Shown: positions 7,921 to 16,529, counted from the first letter of the stretch. The stretch is DNA of 64,000 nucleotides from a virus (IMGVR_UViG_3300034127_000032:2587-66586); one strand, 5' to 3'. The notes: a model not told the origin generated them from the sequence alone. A program made the numbers and translations.

Positions 7921-10446
7921 TTACTCTTCATTTGACTGTTGAACTATATAAACTTGTGTATTAGCTGGAAGCGCAGAGGCAGTAATACCCAGCGGAATAC
8001 CGCCCGGAGTTCGTAGTTCAATAATGCCTTGACCGACCAAGCTCTTAAGTGCCTCGTCTCGGCCTTGAGTACTAATCTCCGCACGGCTTAGCCCAAAGAA
8101 GCGTGCAGTATACTGGCTAAATAAACCAACTGTCAATATGCGCGCTTGAATGTCTTTGTCCAACGTCGTAGATAGTCGGCTAGCTTTACGCAGCATTTCT
8201 CGCACAGCTTCTAAGTCTGTGCCTTCAGTGTAAAACTTAATAATGGCCAACTCGTAGCGTGACGCTTGGTTGACGGTGTTCATTGCATGCTTGGCTTGAT
8301 GAGTAGTTGTGTCAACAGTTCGCGCAATGCTTTTGAACAGTATTTGCGCATTTTGCTTGACAAACTCCATGACAGCAATGCCCCATTCAAGGGACTCAAC
8401 GGTATGGCTTGCGCTTTCCGGTTCTTCAGACCACGCGTAAATAGCAGACAAATACTGCGCATAGGTAATATAGCGGTTAAACGCGTCTTCCTCTGCGTCT
8501 CCACCATCACCCTTACTTGCTGTTCCAAGTTCCAGTAGTCTTCTTACCAACGGTACGTTGGAACGCAGCAATTCCTGAGAATGCAGTACGGTAACAGCAG
8601 GCGAAGTAGTATAGCGACGAACTAAATTTGTTGCTTCCGATAAGTCTATTTGGACTTCGCCGTCTGGAACTTCAAACTTACCGTTCCAGCTGTTTGCGTC
8701 AATGGCTGGTTCATTACTTACCCACAGTATTAACCGAGCTAGCAGCCCGTCACCAAGATGCTGCATCAATACTGGCTTCATTGCTTTGATTGTGGATAAA
8801 TAAGCAAGCTGAACAACATAGTCTTGCAGGTCAACGCGACCGCTATTTGTGTTCTTGTCTGCAGAAGTTGTTGCGCCTGGAGCGCAGACGTTTTCAGTAA
8901 ACTCTTTGAGGAAAGCCTTTGCCCCACCTGGGTCGTTAGACGTGGCAAAGTTGGCTTCTGCCTCATCGACTAGGCCAATAGCCGCAGCTTGTTTTTCAAA
9001 CAGTGAGATACTGGCCGCAAGTTTGTTTGCGCCTTGAAGGCCTTTGCCCATATCCCGAACTGGGGTAAGCGGCAACGCGCCCATTGAGCCTTCAGCTTGT
9101 AAAGTTTGGGATACTAGCCTTGCAAAGTCACGGATACGTCGATATGCGCGTGACTTACCACGACCTGAGTTTGCCAGCGTAAAAAAGTGAACAATAGGTC
9201 GCTTGCAAATGGCGTCAGTAATGATAGACTTACCGGTACTCAAATAAACAGCTTGACATAACAACCGATCGCCAGCAAGCATACGCGTCAGCTGAATAAC
9301 CGACGGTGTAGATACGTCGAAAGCAACTTCACTGACGCGGTTTAATGCTGCAGCCAATACGCGCATGTTCTTAGGTAAAGGCGGTGGTTCTAAGAGCACG
9401 ACTGACTCAATGGTAGGAGGAGGTAGCATAGCCACAACCTCTTGGCCCATCGACAAGCTGAACGTAACCATTGGCAGTTCGAGTGAATTGTTCTTGACCA
9501 TGTTGTTGTAGTGCAGGTCAAACAATGAAACCAAGTCAGTCACTTTACGCTGACGCTTTGGCTTTGTGATGTTTGCTTCGTCTGCGCACGGGAAAGACAA
9601 GAATACGCGCTGCATTTGCTCAGCGTCAGACGAGTAACGCGATAGCCGTTGGACAAACACGCGCATGACGTCAGAGTTAAGCTGTTGCTGTGGGTCTTTG
9701 GCGTAAGCTACAGCTTCTGCGTCTTCTTTAAACTTTTCCAGCAGATATGCGTCAGCTACTTCTTCACCAACAAAGCCATGACGCAAATTAGCTTGTGCTC
9801 GTAACTCAGCGTTTTCCCGGGACTTTGCGGAGATTACTTCTTCAAAGTATGGAGTCAACGGCAGAATATCTGGCCAAGCTGGATTCGCACGGCCAGTCAT
9901 GTAAAGGAAAGTACCAGCGCCACGTGCGTCAATGCCGTCTACTACCTTGGCAATAACACCGGCCACTTCTGCTGGGCAGCTAAAGACTTGGTGTAGGCCG
10001 TTACCTCGGCTGGACATTTCTGTCCAAGTTTCGTTGGCTTTGCACAACGAAGTATAACCGGGGTTCGCCACCAAGTCGTCGTAGTCGAGTACAATAAAGC
10101 CGGGCTGAATAAGCCAGATATGGCCCATCGCAGTGGCTTTAGGATATTCTTTTAGGTAGGCCTGAACTTTGACAGAAAGCGGGTGCTTTGACATCGACGC
10201 AATGGCAGCAGTTGCTACGTCGTAATTAACCAAAGTTTCTGGTCGGCTAACGTCAGGCGCTCGGCCAGTCATGTGAACTTGTTTCTTGTAGGCTTGGCCA
10301 TCTTCATCGATAGCCAATTGCCAAACTCCCCAGACCGGAGAGTCGTCAATCATACACTGTGGGTAAGATGCCACGTTTAAGGTCATATAGTAAATCGCCG
10401 AAAGAAAGGGTTGCCAGCTGGTCGTGCTGGGATTACTAATCCACAA
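7921..10446 (-). CDS. Primase (AEP/prim-pol) fused to a P-loop helicase-like domain; start uncertain (10446 or 10386)
   Basis: IVLDYDD and TEMSSRGNGLH AEP motifs; ANSGRGKS and LVDEAE Walker-like motifs. Confidence 0.75.
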   Translation of the reverse strand: MWISNPSTTSWQPFLSAIYYMTLNVASYPQCMIDDSPVWGVWQLAIDEDGQAYKKQVHMTGRAPDVSRPETLVNYDVATAAIASMSKHPLSVKVQAYLKEYPKATAMGHIWLIQPGFIVLDYDDLVANPGYTSLCKANETWTEMSSRGNGLHQVFSCPAEVAGVIAKVVDGIDARGAGTFLYMTGRANPAWPDILPLTPYFEEVISAKSRENAELRAQANLRHGFVGEEVADAYLLEKFKEDAEAVAYAKDPQQQLNSDVMRVFVQRLSRYSSDAEQMQRVFLSFPCADEANITKPKRQRKVTDLVSLFDLHYNNMVKNNSLELPMVTFSLSMGQEVVAMLPPPTIESVVLLEPPPLPKNMRVLAAALNRVSEVAFDVSTPSVIQLTRMLAGDRLLCQAVYLSTGKSIITDAICKRPIVHFFTLANSGRGKSRAYRRIRDFARLVSQTLQAEGSMGALPLTPVRDMGKGLQGANKLAASISLFEKQAAAIGLVDEAEANFATSNDPGGAKAFLKEFTENVCAPGATTSADKNTNSGRVDLQDYVVQLAYLSTIKAMKPVLMQHLGDGLLARLILWVSNEPAIDANSWNGKFEVPDGEVQIDLSEATNLVRRYTTSPAVTVLHSQELLRSNVPLVRRLLELGTASKGDGGDAEEDAFNRYITYAQYLSAIYAWSEEPESASHTVESLEWGIAVMEFVKQNAQILFKSIARTVDTTTHQAKHAMNTVNQASRYELAIIKFYTEGTDLEAVREMLRKASRLSTTLDKDIQARILTVGLFSQYTARFFGLSRAEISTQGRDEALKSLVGQGIIELRTPGGIPLGITASALPANTQVYIVQQSNEE

Positions 10447-10538
10447 AAGGCTGTGCTACTACCCTGAGAGAGACCAATCTCTCGACGTCGGCGAACGCTT
10501 TGATAGCAGCACAGTCTTTTGTAGACTAGAGGAAGACA

Positions 10539-10567
10539 ATAATAGGCTTTTAAAGGGAATAAGTAAA
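10539..10567 (-). promoter_or_regulatory. sigma70-type promoter of the primase gene
   Basis: TTTACT-17-TATTAT. Confidence 0.55.
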
Positions 10568-10585
10568 TGCTAGCGTAAACTAGCG

Positions 10586-11116
10586 TTACTCGGCGTTGAT
10601 AGTTAGCTGGTTAGGCCAGTCGCGGTCGGCAATAATAGACACTTTTAACTCTTCAGCATTAAGCGTGGCAAGTTGCGCTGTTATCAGCCGCAAAGCCTCT
10701 GCTCGAATGCCTTGATGCTCAAGAGTAAGCCTAGCTGTTTGCGTGGCTTCGCTTTGCACTCGCTGGCGATACGGTAAAAGTTTGGCTTCGGTATTAGTGA
10801 GCTGCATTACCTGGAGAGTTGCTGCGTCTGCCAAGGCTTGAGCTTTTTTAGCCGATGCCATCCACTTATCGTAGTCTTCTGGTAGTTCGCACTGTAGCGC
10901 TTTATGTAAAGCGGCATGTGCGGCCATCTGCCCTGCAATTACCAATGAGTTGTGGTGTCGGATCATAACCGAATAGTCACCAGCTTGGCAGTGCGAAAGC
11001 AACACATCAGCATGAGCCGCGAGTAAAGCAGGATCACCCATTCCCGAAGCAAGACCAGCAGACATGCCAAGATAAGTGGCTGGATCAAGTGAAGGGCTTA
11101 GCTTTTCATTCGACAT
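10586..11116 (-). CDS. Hypothetical alpha-helical protein
   Basis: 176 aa ORF with AAGG RBS. Confidence 0.65.
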   Translation of the reverse strand: MSNEKLSPSLDPATYLGMSAGLASGMGDPALLAAHADVLLSHCQAGDYSVMIRHHNSLVIAGQMAAHAALHKALQCELPEDYDKWMASAKKAQALADAATLQVMQLTNTEAKLLPYRQRVQSEATQTARLTLEHQGIRAEALRLITAQLATLNAEELKVSIIADRDWPNQLTINAE

Positions 11117-11134
11117 TTCAATTACCTTATTTAA

Positions 11135-11323
11135 TTAACGTTCTATAGCTGCAAGCATCGTATCGAGGTCTGAAACTGTCGCGCTTATTTTATCTTCTAT
11201 CTCGGCAGAGCTTTCTGGTATCAAGTCCAACAACTCTTTTGCTTGCTTCAATGCACGCTCCATACTGATAGAGTTTGCGGTATTAGGAGCGCTTAAAACG
11301 CTGGGTAGCTTGAAAGTCTGCAT
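11135..11323 (-). CDS. Hypothetical protein
   Basis: 62 aa ORF, RBS GCAGGT, directly after a promoter. Confidence 0.6.
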   Translation of the reverse strand: MQTFKLPSVLSAPNTANSISMERALKQAKELLDLIPESSAEIEDKISATVSDLDTMLAAIER

Positions 11324-11352
11324 GCTTATTACCTGCGGTGATTAATGAACAA

Positions 11353-11381
11353 ATCATAAACCCTTTCTAGATTTTTGTAAA
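11353..11381 (-). promoter_or_regulatory. sigma70-type leftward promoter
   Basis: TTTACA-17-TATGAT, overlapped by a direct repeat AACCCTTTC. Confidence 0.65.
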
Positions 11382-11489
11382 CCCTTTCGCGCGCTGTATA
11401 GAAGGATGGTAACCCACAGTGGTAGGCCATGAGGCTTGAGGGATGAAACAGCTTACTTTATACCCTCTTATGTTACTTTATAACTACTA

Positions 11490-12310
11490 GATGCAAATGC
11501 TCGCATCGATGCGCATCAGGCTATCCGCTCGTTTCTGCAGAGATTGATTTGGTCTAGCTAGCAGCCAACGCTGCTTCGAGCTGATGCATCTTGCTTTAGA
11601 ATATTAGCCTGATGCGAGCTGATGCGGATTTTGCATCTGTTTTGCATCAGGTAAAGCGCATAAAAGCTATTAGGCAGATTAATTAGGACGGATAGCTTGG
11701 ACGAGTGACTTTAACCTTTAAAATACAGCTTTCTGCTTTATGGATTTGCATCCGCTGACTCTTGCATCAGGCCTCGCATCTGTCTAAGTCCTTGTTTTAT
11801 AAGGCTTTTTAAGCTCCTGATGCAAAGATGCGCATCAGGTAGGGTGCCGTATATTTGCTAAGGTGTATAGGTCCATATAGGCCTGTCTATATATTTTTAA
11901 TTTTTAAAAAATATATACAGCTATAGGCTATTGGTAGTAAGTAGGCAGACAAGTAGAGACTTACACACTAGCTGGTAACGGCTAGGGCTAGGGCCGCATC
12001 CGCCTAGGCCATCCGCATCTGCATCAGGTCGCATCACCTGCGTAGAGCTAAACGCACATAATTTAAACAAAAGGCAATAAAATCAAGCACTTAGGCTCCG
12101 TGCATCACAGATGCAAACCAGATGCATCTGGTGCGTTAGGCTACGCAATAAAAAGTGTACTTCGCCCAGCATTTGCTATATGATGCGAGAGTTACGATGA
12201 TTTGCATCAGCTAAAATTCGAGCAAATCTGACCGAAACAGTCTAAGGAGCCGCATCGGTGACCACTGTGGGTATTTAGTAAATAAAGATTTACTAAATAA
12301 GTTTTGCATC
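11490..12310. repeat. GCATC/GATGC iteron-like cluster with a central AT-rich palindrome; candidate replication origin
   Basis: About 28 GCATC/GATGC by hand count in about 820 non-coding bp; TATATATTTTT..AAAAAATATATA at 11888-11917. Confidence 0.7.
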
Positions 12311-12317
12311 ATATAAT
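12289..12317 (+). promoter_or_regulatory. sigma70-type rightward promoter with an overlapping 12-bp inverted repeat
   Basis: TTTACT-17-TATAAT; TATTTAGTAAAT-aaag-ATTTACTAAATA at 12272-12299. Confidence 0.75.
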
Positions 12318-12345
12318 TTAAATGTCTTAGATAGGAAATAAATAA

Positions 12346-12933
12346 ATGTTACCAGTATACTTTTGCTACGCCATCAAATTAAATAGCACAGAAGAACTTC
12401 GACCTACTGGCGAGAAAGGTTGGTTTACTACTTTGGCAAGAAAAGGAGAAAAGCAGTCTACTACTCGCTGGAAAATTGATTTGACTGGCATTAAGCTATT
12501 TATTTCTGAGCAAACAGCTTATAGAGCTTTACGCTCAACGTCTAAACCTGAATCAGCTAAGTATGGTTATACGCAAGAAGAGTATGAACGTCTTTTTAGC
12601 ATTACTAAAGTGTTAGTAAGTAAAGAGCTGTATGAAAGTACAGCAGAAACTGCTGCAAAGCTAAAAAAGCAAAATGAGGCAAGAGCCGCGTCACGCAAAC
12701 CTAAAACTGTAACAGTTTCTACTGTTAATAAGAAGAATGACCTGCTAGAGGGAGTAGAACTGAGCACGGTGTTTAGCGCAATTGTTCGCACTGAGGAGGG
12801 CCGCGTATCCGTAAAGCGTTTTAGAACGCCTGAAGCGGCATTACAAGAGCTTATGAAAAAAGTTGACCCAAGTTATTTAACGCTAGTCAGGATAATTTCA
12901 GAAACAACAATAAAGCGCCTACCTCATTGCTGA
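12346..12933 (+). CDS. Hypothetical basic protein, first rightward gene
   Basis: 195 aa ORF with AGGA RBS after the promoter. Confidence 0.7.
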   Translation: MLPVYFCYAIKLNSTEELRPTGEKGWFTTLARKGEKQSTTRWKIDLTGIKLFISEQTAYRALRSTSKPESAKYGYTQEEYERLFSITKVLVSKELYESTAETAAKLKKQNEARAASRKPKTVTVSTVNKKNDLLEGVELSTVFSAIVRTEEGRVSVKRFRTPEAALQELMKKVDPSYLTLVRIISETTIKRLPHC

Positions 12934-12956
12934 AGTAAGCGCTATTGGTACAGCTG

Positions 12957-13214
12957 TTAGTAAATGCTAAGACTATTAGCGCGATTGATAAAATAAATCA
13001 ATTTGTCTAGGCTTGGCTCAATAGCATATACAAGATTACCTTTGATGCGGATTATGTAGCAGTGAGTTGTTGGTACAGAATACTCCGGGTAATTAACAGA
13101 ATGCCCAATAGACACTGCTACATTATCTGCAACAGCGACTTCTTGTTGCGCTGCATCACACATTTGCATTACTGTAAAGTAGCTGAGTTGCTCAACTTTA
13201 TTTAGGTCTTTCAT
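12957..13214 (-). CDS. Hypothetical protein
   Basis: AAGGAG RBS and own promoter. Confidence 0.7.
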   Translation of the reverse strand: MKDLNKVEQLSYFTVMQMCDAAQQEVAVADNVAVSIGHSVNYPEYSVPTTHCYIIRIKGNLVYAIEPSLDKLIYFINRANSLSIY

Positions 13215-13256
13215 TTGACACTCCTTTAGTAAGTGTGTTTGCTTGTTGATGTATTT

Positions 13257-13286
13257 ATTATAAGGCAGTCAGCAGCTGCTGTACAC
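13257..13286 (-). promoter_or_regulatory. sigma70-type promoter
   Basis: TGTACA-17-TATAAT with upstream AAATAAAAG. Confidence 0.65.
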
Positions 13287-13351
13287 CTTTTATTTAGCTG
13301 TTATCAATTGATTGTTTTAATCCCTTAGCCGATAGCTATGCGAACAACTGA

Positions 13352-13381
13352 TTGTGCATTGACAGACAACGCCGCTATAAT
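13352..13381 (+). promoter_or_regulatory. sigma70-type promoter
   Basis: TTGTGC-18-TATAAT. Confidence 0.55.
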
Positions 13382-13408
13382 GAACGTACAAATAACGGAG
13401 AACATTAA

Positions 13409-13639
13409 ATGAATATTTTCGAAATCAACCAAGCAATCATTGATGCTGCTATCCCAAGCTACGGCGTAGAGACTGAACAAGACAATGGCGCTATTGATGT
13501 TGTCTACCTCGCAGACTACGAAGTTCAGCTCATGGATGGCATGATCTTTTTGAACGACAGCTGCACTGACAACGACATTGCTGAGTTTGCAGACATTGAG
13601 TCGCTTATTGCTCACTTGAAGAATATTATCAAGCTGTAA
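13409..13639 (+). CDS. Small, highly acidic protein
   Basis: 15 D/E versus 2 K in 76 aa; GGAG RBS. Confidence 0.75.
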   Translation: MNIFEINQAIIDAAIPSYGVETEQDNGAIDVVYLADYEVQLMDGMIFLNDSCTDNDIAEFADIESLIAHLKNIIKL

Positions 13640-13693
13640 GCTAATAGCAGGACCCGCAGTGTTAAGCCACTGTGGGTTATCAGCAAATAAAAG

Positions 13694-13722
13694 TGTACAA
13701 GCCCAAGCAGCTGCAGTACAAT
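13694..13722 (+). promoter_or_regulatory. sigma70-type promoter
   Basis: AAATAAAAG-TGTACA-17-TACAAT. Confidence 0.65.
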
Positions 13723-13755
13723 AGACACATACCAACGAACACTAAGGAATGAATC

Positions 13756-13884
13756 ATGACTATTGAGCGCAAAATCAGACTGCTGGAAGCCCAGTACGCT
13801 GCTATGACTGTCAATGCCAAGCTGCGTGACAAAGTGGCTTTGATTGCTCAAATCCGTGACCTTCAATCCCAGTTGGAAGCCTAA
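13756..13884 (+). CDS. 42 aa coiled-coil microprotein (not in ORF track)
   Basis: MTIERKIRLLEAQYAAMTVNAKLRDKVALIAQIRDLQSQLEA; AAGGA RBS. Confidence 0.65.
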   Translation: MTIERKIRLLEAQYAAMTVNAKLRDKVALIAQIRDLQSQLEA

Positions 13885-13887
13885 GCC

Positions 13888-14031
13888 ATGTACTATCAAG
13901 CCACTGCTACTGTAAACGGTCAGCTGTTTGAATCTGGCTTCTACCAGGAAGGCCGTGATTGGGCTATCCGCATGTTGGTACGCCAAATTGGTTTCGAAAA
14001 CCTTTCACTGATTACTGTTGAGGTGGTGTAA
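13888..14031 (+). CDS. 47 aa microprotein (not in ORF track)
   Basis: MYYQATATVNGQLFESGFYQEGRDWAIRMLVRQIGFENLSLITVEVV; tightly packed in the operon. Confidence 0.6.
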   Translation: MYYQATATVNGQLFESGFYQEGRDWAIRMLVRQIGFENLSLITVEVV

Positions 14032-14148
14032 ATGAAGTATTTAATCGTTTGGGCGTTTGTTGGCTTTATTTGCTATTGCTATTATGATTTGCATCAACAA
14101 GGCTACACTTTTATTCAGCCAACTATTCAGCTTGGCGGAAGTCGTTAA
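14032..14148 (+). CDS. 38 aa single-pass membrane microprotein (not in ORF track)
   Basis: MKYLIVWAFVGFICYCYY...; GAGGTGG RBS. Confidence 0.55.
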   Translation: MKYLIVWAFVGFICYCYYDLHQQGYTFIQPTIQLGGSR

Positions 14149-14210
14149 TACAGGCTGCTACAAATAACTATTTACAAGTAGCCACTTGCGCAGTAGATAA
14201 AGGCTTAGCC

Positions 14211-14708
14211 ATGAACATTTTTGCCACTTCGCAATGCCCAATCCAATGCGCTCAAGAAATGACCAACGTTCACGTTGTCAAAATGATTCTTGAAAGCGCC
14301 CAGCTGCTGTCTACTGCACACTTTGTCCTTGACGGCGCGCAAGTTGGCTATAAGCCGACACACCAAAACCATCCATGCGCTATTTGGGCGCGTGAGACTT
14401 CAGCCAACTACAACTGGCTTTACCGACATTTGACAGCGTTGTGCAACGAGTTTACTTTTCGTACCGGTAAGACGCATAAAACCAGCGAGCAGCTTTGGGC
14501 ATTGGCTGATTTTCCTTTGCAGATTAAAATTGGCACCCTAACGCCGTTTGCGTTGTGCATGCCAGAAGAATTTGCGCGCCTTGGCTTGTTTGACCAAACC
14601 TTAGCCTATCAAGGCTACCTCAACGTAAAGTTTGCTGAATGGCGTAGCCGCGATAAGCCAATCAAAGTTGAGTGGACAAACCGACCAACGCCTAGCTGGG
14701 CGGTATAA
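14211..14708 (+). CDS. Pyrimidine-dimer DNA glycosylase / endonuclease V family
   Basis: MNIF...HVVKMILESAQLLSTAH...YKPTH.NHPC.IW.R...NY.WL. Confidence 0.85.
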   Translation: MNIFATSQCPIQCAQEMTNVHVVKMILESAQLLSTAHFVLDGAQVGYKPTHQNHPCAIWARETSANYNWLYRHLTALCNEFTFRTGKTHKTSEQLWALADFPLQIKIGTLTPFALCMPEEFARLGLFDQTLAYQGYLNVKFAEWRSRDKPIKVEWTNRPTPSWAV

Positions 14709-14711
14709 ACA

Positions 14712-14963
14712 ATGTCTACCGCATACGCAAACTACTTAAAAGAAAACCTGCCTAAGCATTTAAAGGTACGTGAAATTAGCCGACATTTTGTTGAGCTGCT
14801 TACTGAGGTGCCGCTGACAGCGGCCGATGCAGACTATTTGGTAGATATTGGCCTCGGCTTTTGCAGCTGCCATTGGGACGCAATACCTTACGCAGGCCGT
14901 TGGAACCCAGGCGCCCAGCAACTAGGTCACATTATTTGCCGACGAGAGCATACAGGTAAATAA
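14712..14963 (+). CDS. Hypothetical protein
   Basis: ORF in operon. Confidence 0.55.
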   Translation: MSTAYANYLKENLPKHLKVREISRHFVELLTEVPLTAADADYLVDIGLGFCSCHWDAIPYAGRWNPGAQQLGHIICRREHTGK

Positions 14964-15025
14964 CTGTTTACGCGCAGCTAAGTACTGCGCTACAATTAAG
15001 CTTCTAACTTACTAAAGGTGTCAGC

Positions 15026-15238
15026 ATGAGAAAACTACTTTGTAAACTTGGGTGGCATAGCTGGGGTACGGCTATGCAACCAGTCTACTGCTCGCCAACA
15101 GCTGAAAGACTAGCCATACCAAGCAAAGAGGCTGAGCGTACTTGTATGTGCTGCGCAGAAACTCAACGCCGTGACGAACACTGCCTAGGGCTCAACCCTC
15201 CCGCCTACAGCTACACTTGGTATTCAGTAAGGAAATAA
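15026..15238 (+). CDS. DUF1660-like Cys/His-rich phage protein
   Basis: KLLCKLGWHSW...R.C.CC. Confidence 0.55.
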   Translation: MRKLLCKLGWHSWGTAMQPVYCSPTAERLAIPSKEAERTCMCCAETQRRDEHCLGLNPPAYSYTWYSVRK

Positions 15239-15241
15239 TTC

Positions 15242-15619
15242 ATGAAAGTCTACGCAATCCGTCACACTCCAACCGGCCTGTTTATGCCTGTGCCCACAGG
15301 TAAGAACGGTAGTGGCTCATCCTACTGGGAGCCAGTTGATGGTCACTACTCTCAAATCAATAAAACACCGGTTGACGGTGTAATTGTTTATGGTACGCCG
15401 CTACCACGCCTGTTTACGTACCGTCGATCGGCAAGTTCAGCCTTAACGCAATGGTTACGTGGTCGGCATGTTCCAATAACCAGCGGTTGTTCTCCATGCG
15501 TGGCTAATGGCTTTACTTACGACGATGAGTTAATCCGGGTAGATATTGTGCCAGTGCCTGAGCGCAAAGCTGACGACATGGAAATTGTTGCGTTTGAACT
15601 TGTGGAGGTAGGCAAATGA
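15242..15619 (+). CDS. Hypothetical protein
   Basis: AAGGA RBS, in operon. Confidence 0.65.
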   Translation: MKVYAIRHTPTGLFMPVPTGKNGSGSSYWEPVDGHYSQINKTPVDGVIVYGTPLPRLFTYRRSASSALTQWLRGRHVPITSGCSPCVANGFTYDDELIRVDIVPVPERKADDMEIVAFELVEVGK

Positions 15620-15909
15620 ACCGTGAACAATATTTGTTGCTTAAGCTGATTGAAGAACTGGGCGAAGCTGCTAAGAACGCAGCTAAGGCCATGCAGTTTG
15701 GTGGTGAAGATAAAGAACCCGGCCAAGGTCTTACCAACTTTGATCGACTCTACCTTGAGCTAGACGATGTACGCGCTTCAATAGCTATGCTCCATATGGA
15801 GTCGGGTAGTAAGTTTAACTACAGTCCAAACGCAACCAACATTGAACACAAGATCACCAAAGTTGAGCATTACTATGGTGTCAGCCAAGAACTGGGAAAG
15901 GTGAAGTAA
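15616..15909 (+). CDS. MazG-like nucleotide pyrophosphohydrolase
   Basis: KLIEELGEA...K..QFG...ELDDV. Confidence 0.65.
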   Translation: MNREQYLLLKLIEELGEAAKNAAKAMQFGGEDKEPGQGLTNFDRLYLELDDVRASIAMLHMESGSKFNYSPNATNIEHKITKVEHYYGVSQELGKVK

Positions 15910-16088
15910 TGGCCATTGCAAAAGTAGCTGAACCCGAAGTAATCGTGCTTACGCTTAGCTTGTCTGCTGCTGAAGCTAAAGAGCTCAAGGCTGTAACACA
16001 AAACCAATTTACTGCGACTGACGAGTCAGTAGAGCTTCGGGAAGTTCGCCATGCGATTTGGCACGCACTTAACCTAGCAGGAGTATAA
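15909..16088 (+). CDS. 59 aa hypothetical protein (not in ORF track)
   Basis: MAIAKVAEPEVIVLTLSLS...; TAATG coupling. Confidence 0.55.
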   Translation: MAIAKVAEPEVIVLTLSLSAAEAKELKAVTQNQFTATDESVELREVRHAIWHALNLAGV

Positions 16089-16089
16089 C

Positions 16090-16290
16090 ATGAACGGACG
16101 TGAAGTAATGATTGCGTACTACGCGGCTCTTTGCGCACAAGTTTGTAGCCTTGAAGCAAGGTATGACGCTTGTGTTACATACGCGCTTAACGTAGCCCTG
16201 CAAATCGAAGCCAGCATTACGCTCAAGCAAATCGATGCGCTCAAAGCTGAAATTGAAATTTCTAAAATGCACCTGGAGAAACATCAATGA
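16090..16290 (+). CDS. Hypothetical protein
   Basis: AGGAG RBS. Confidence 0.6.
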   Translation: MNGREVMIAYYAALCAQVCSLEARYDACVTYALNVALQIEASITLKQIDALKAEIEISKMHLEKHQ

Positions 16291-16529
16291 CTAAGCCAAC
16301 CGGCGGTCCAGCCTTTCCTAGACCAAAAAGCCCCAAAGGCGAATACACTGACTCTGAAGTTCCTGGCGCTCAAACTGGAATGACATTGCGCGACTACTTT
16401 GCAGCCAAAGCGCTGCCGGGACTTATGGGCAGGTCTTGGTCGCCTCTTACTGGCGATGAACTTGTTAGCCAGTGGGCAATCTCCGCTTATGCGCTTGCTG
16501 ACGCCATGCTTACGGAGCGTGCAAAATGA
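16287..16529 (+). CDS. Conserved phage hypothetical protein
   Basis: GGPAFP...GMTLRDYFAAKAL signature. Confidence 0.75.
   Translation: MTKPTGGPAFPRPKSPKGEYTDSEVPGAQTGMTLRDYFAAKALPGLMGRSWSPLTGDELVSQWAISAYALADAMLTERAK

Noticed and set aside
11490-12310. Possible CRISPR array (repeats near a Cas4-like gene)
   Set aside because: The repeats are 5-9 bp and irregularly spaced, with no 25-40 bp repeat-spacer period. The Cas4-like gene sits in an ordinary phage recombination module and no other cas genes are present.
13359-13381. Perfect TTGACA...TATAAT promoter
   Set aside because: The spacer is only 11 bp; the usable -35 is more likely TTGTGC, 18 bp upstream of the -10.
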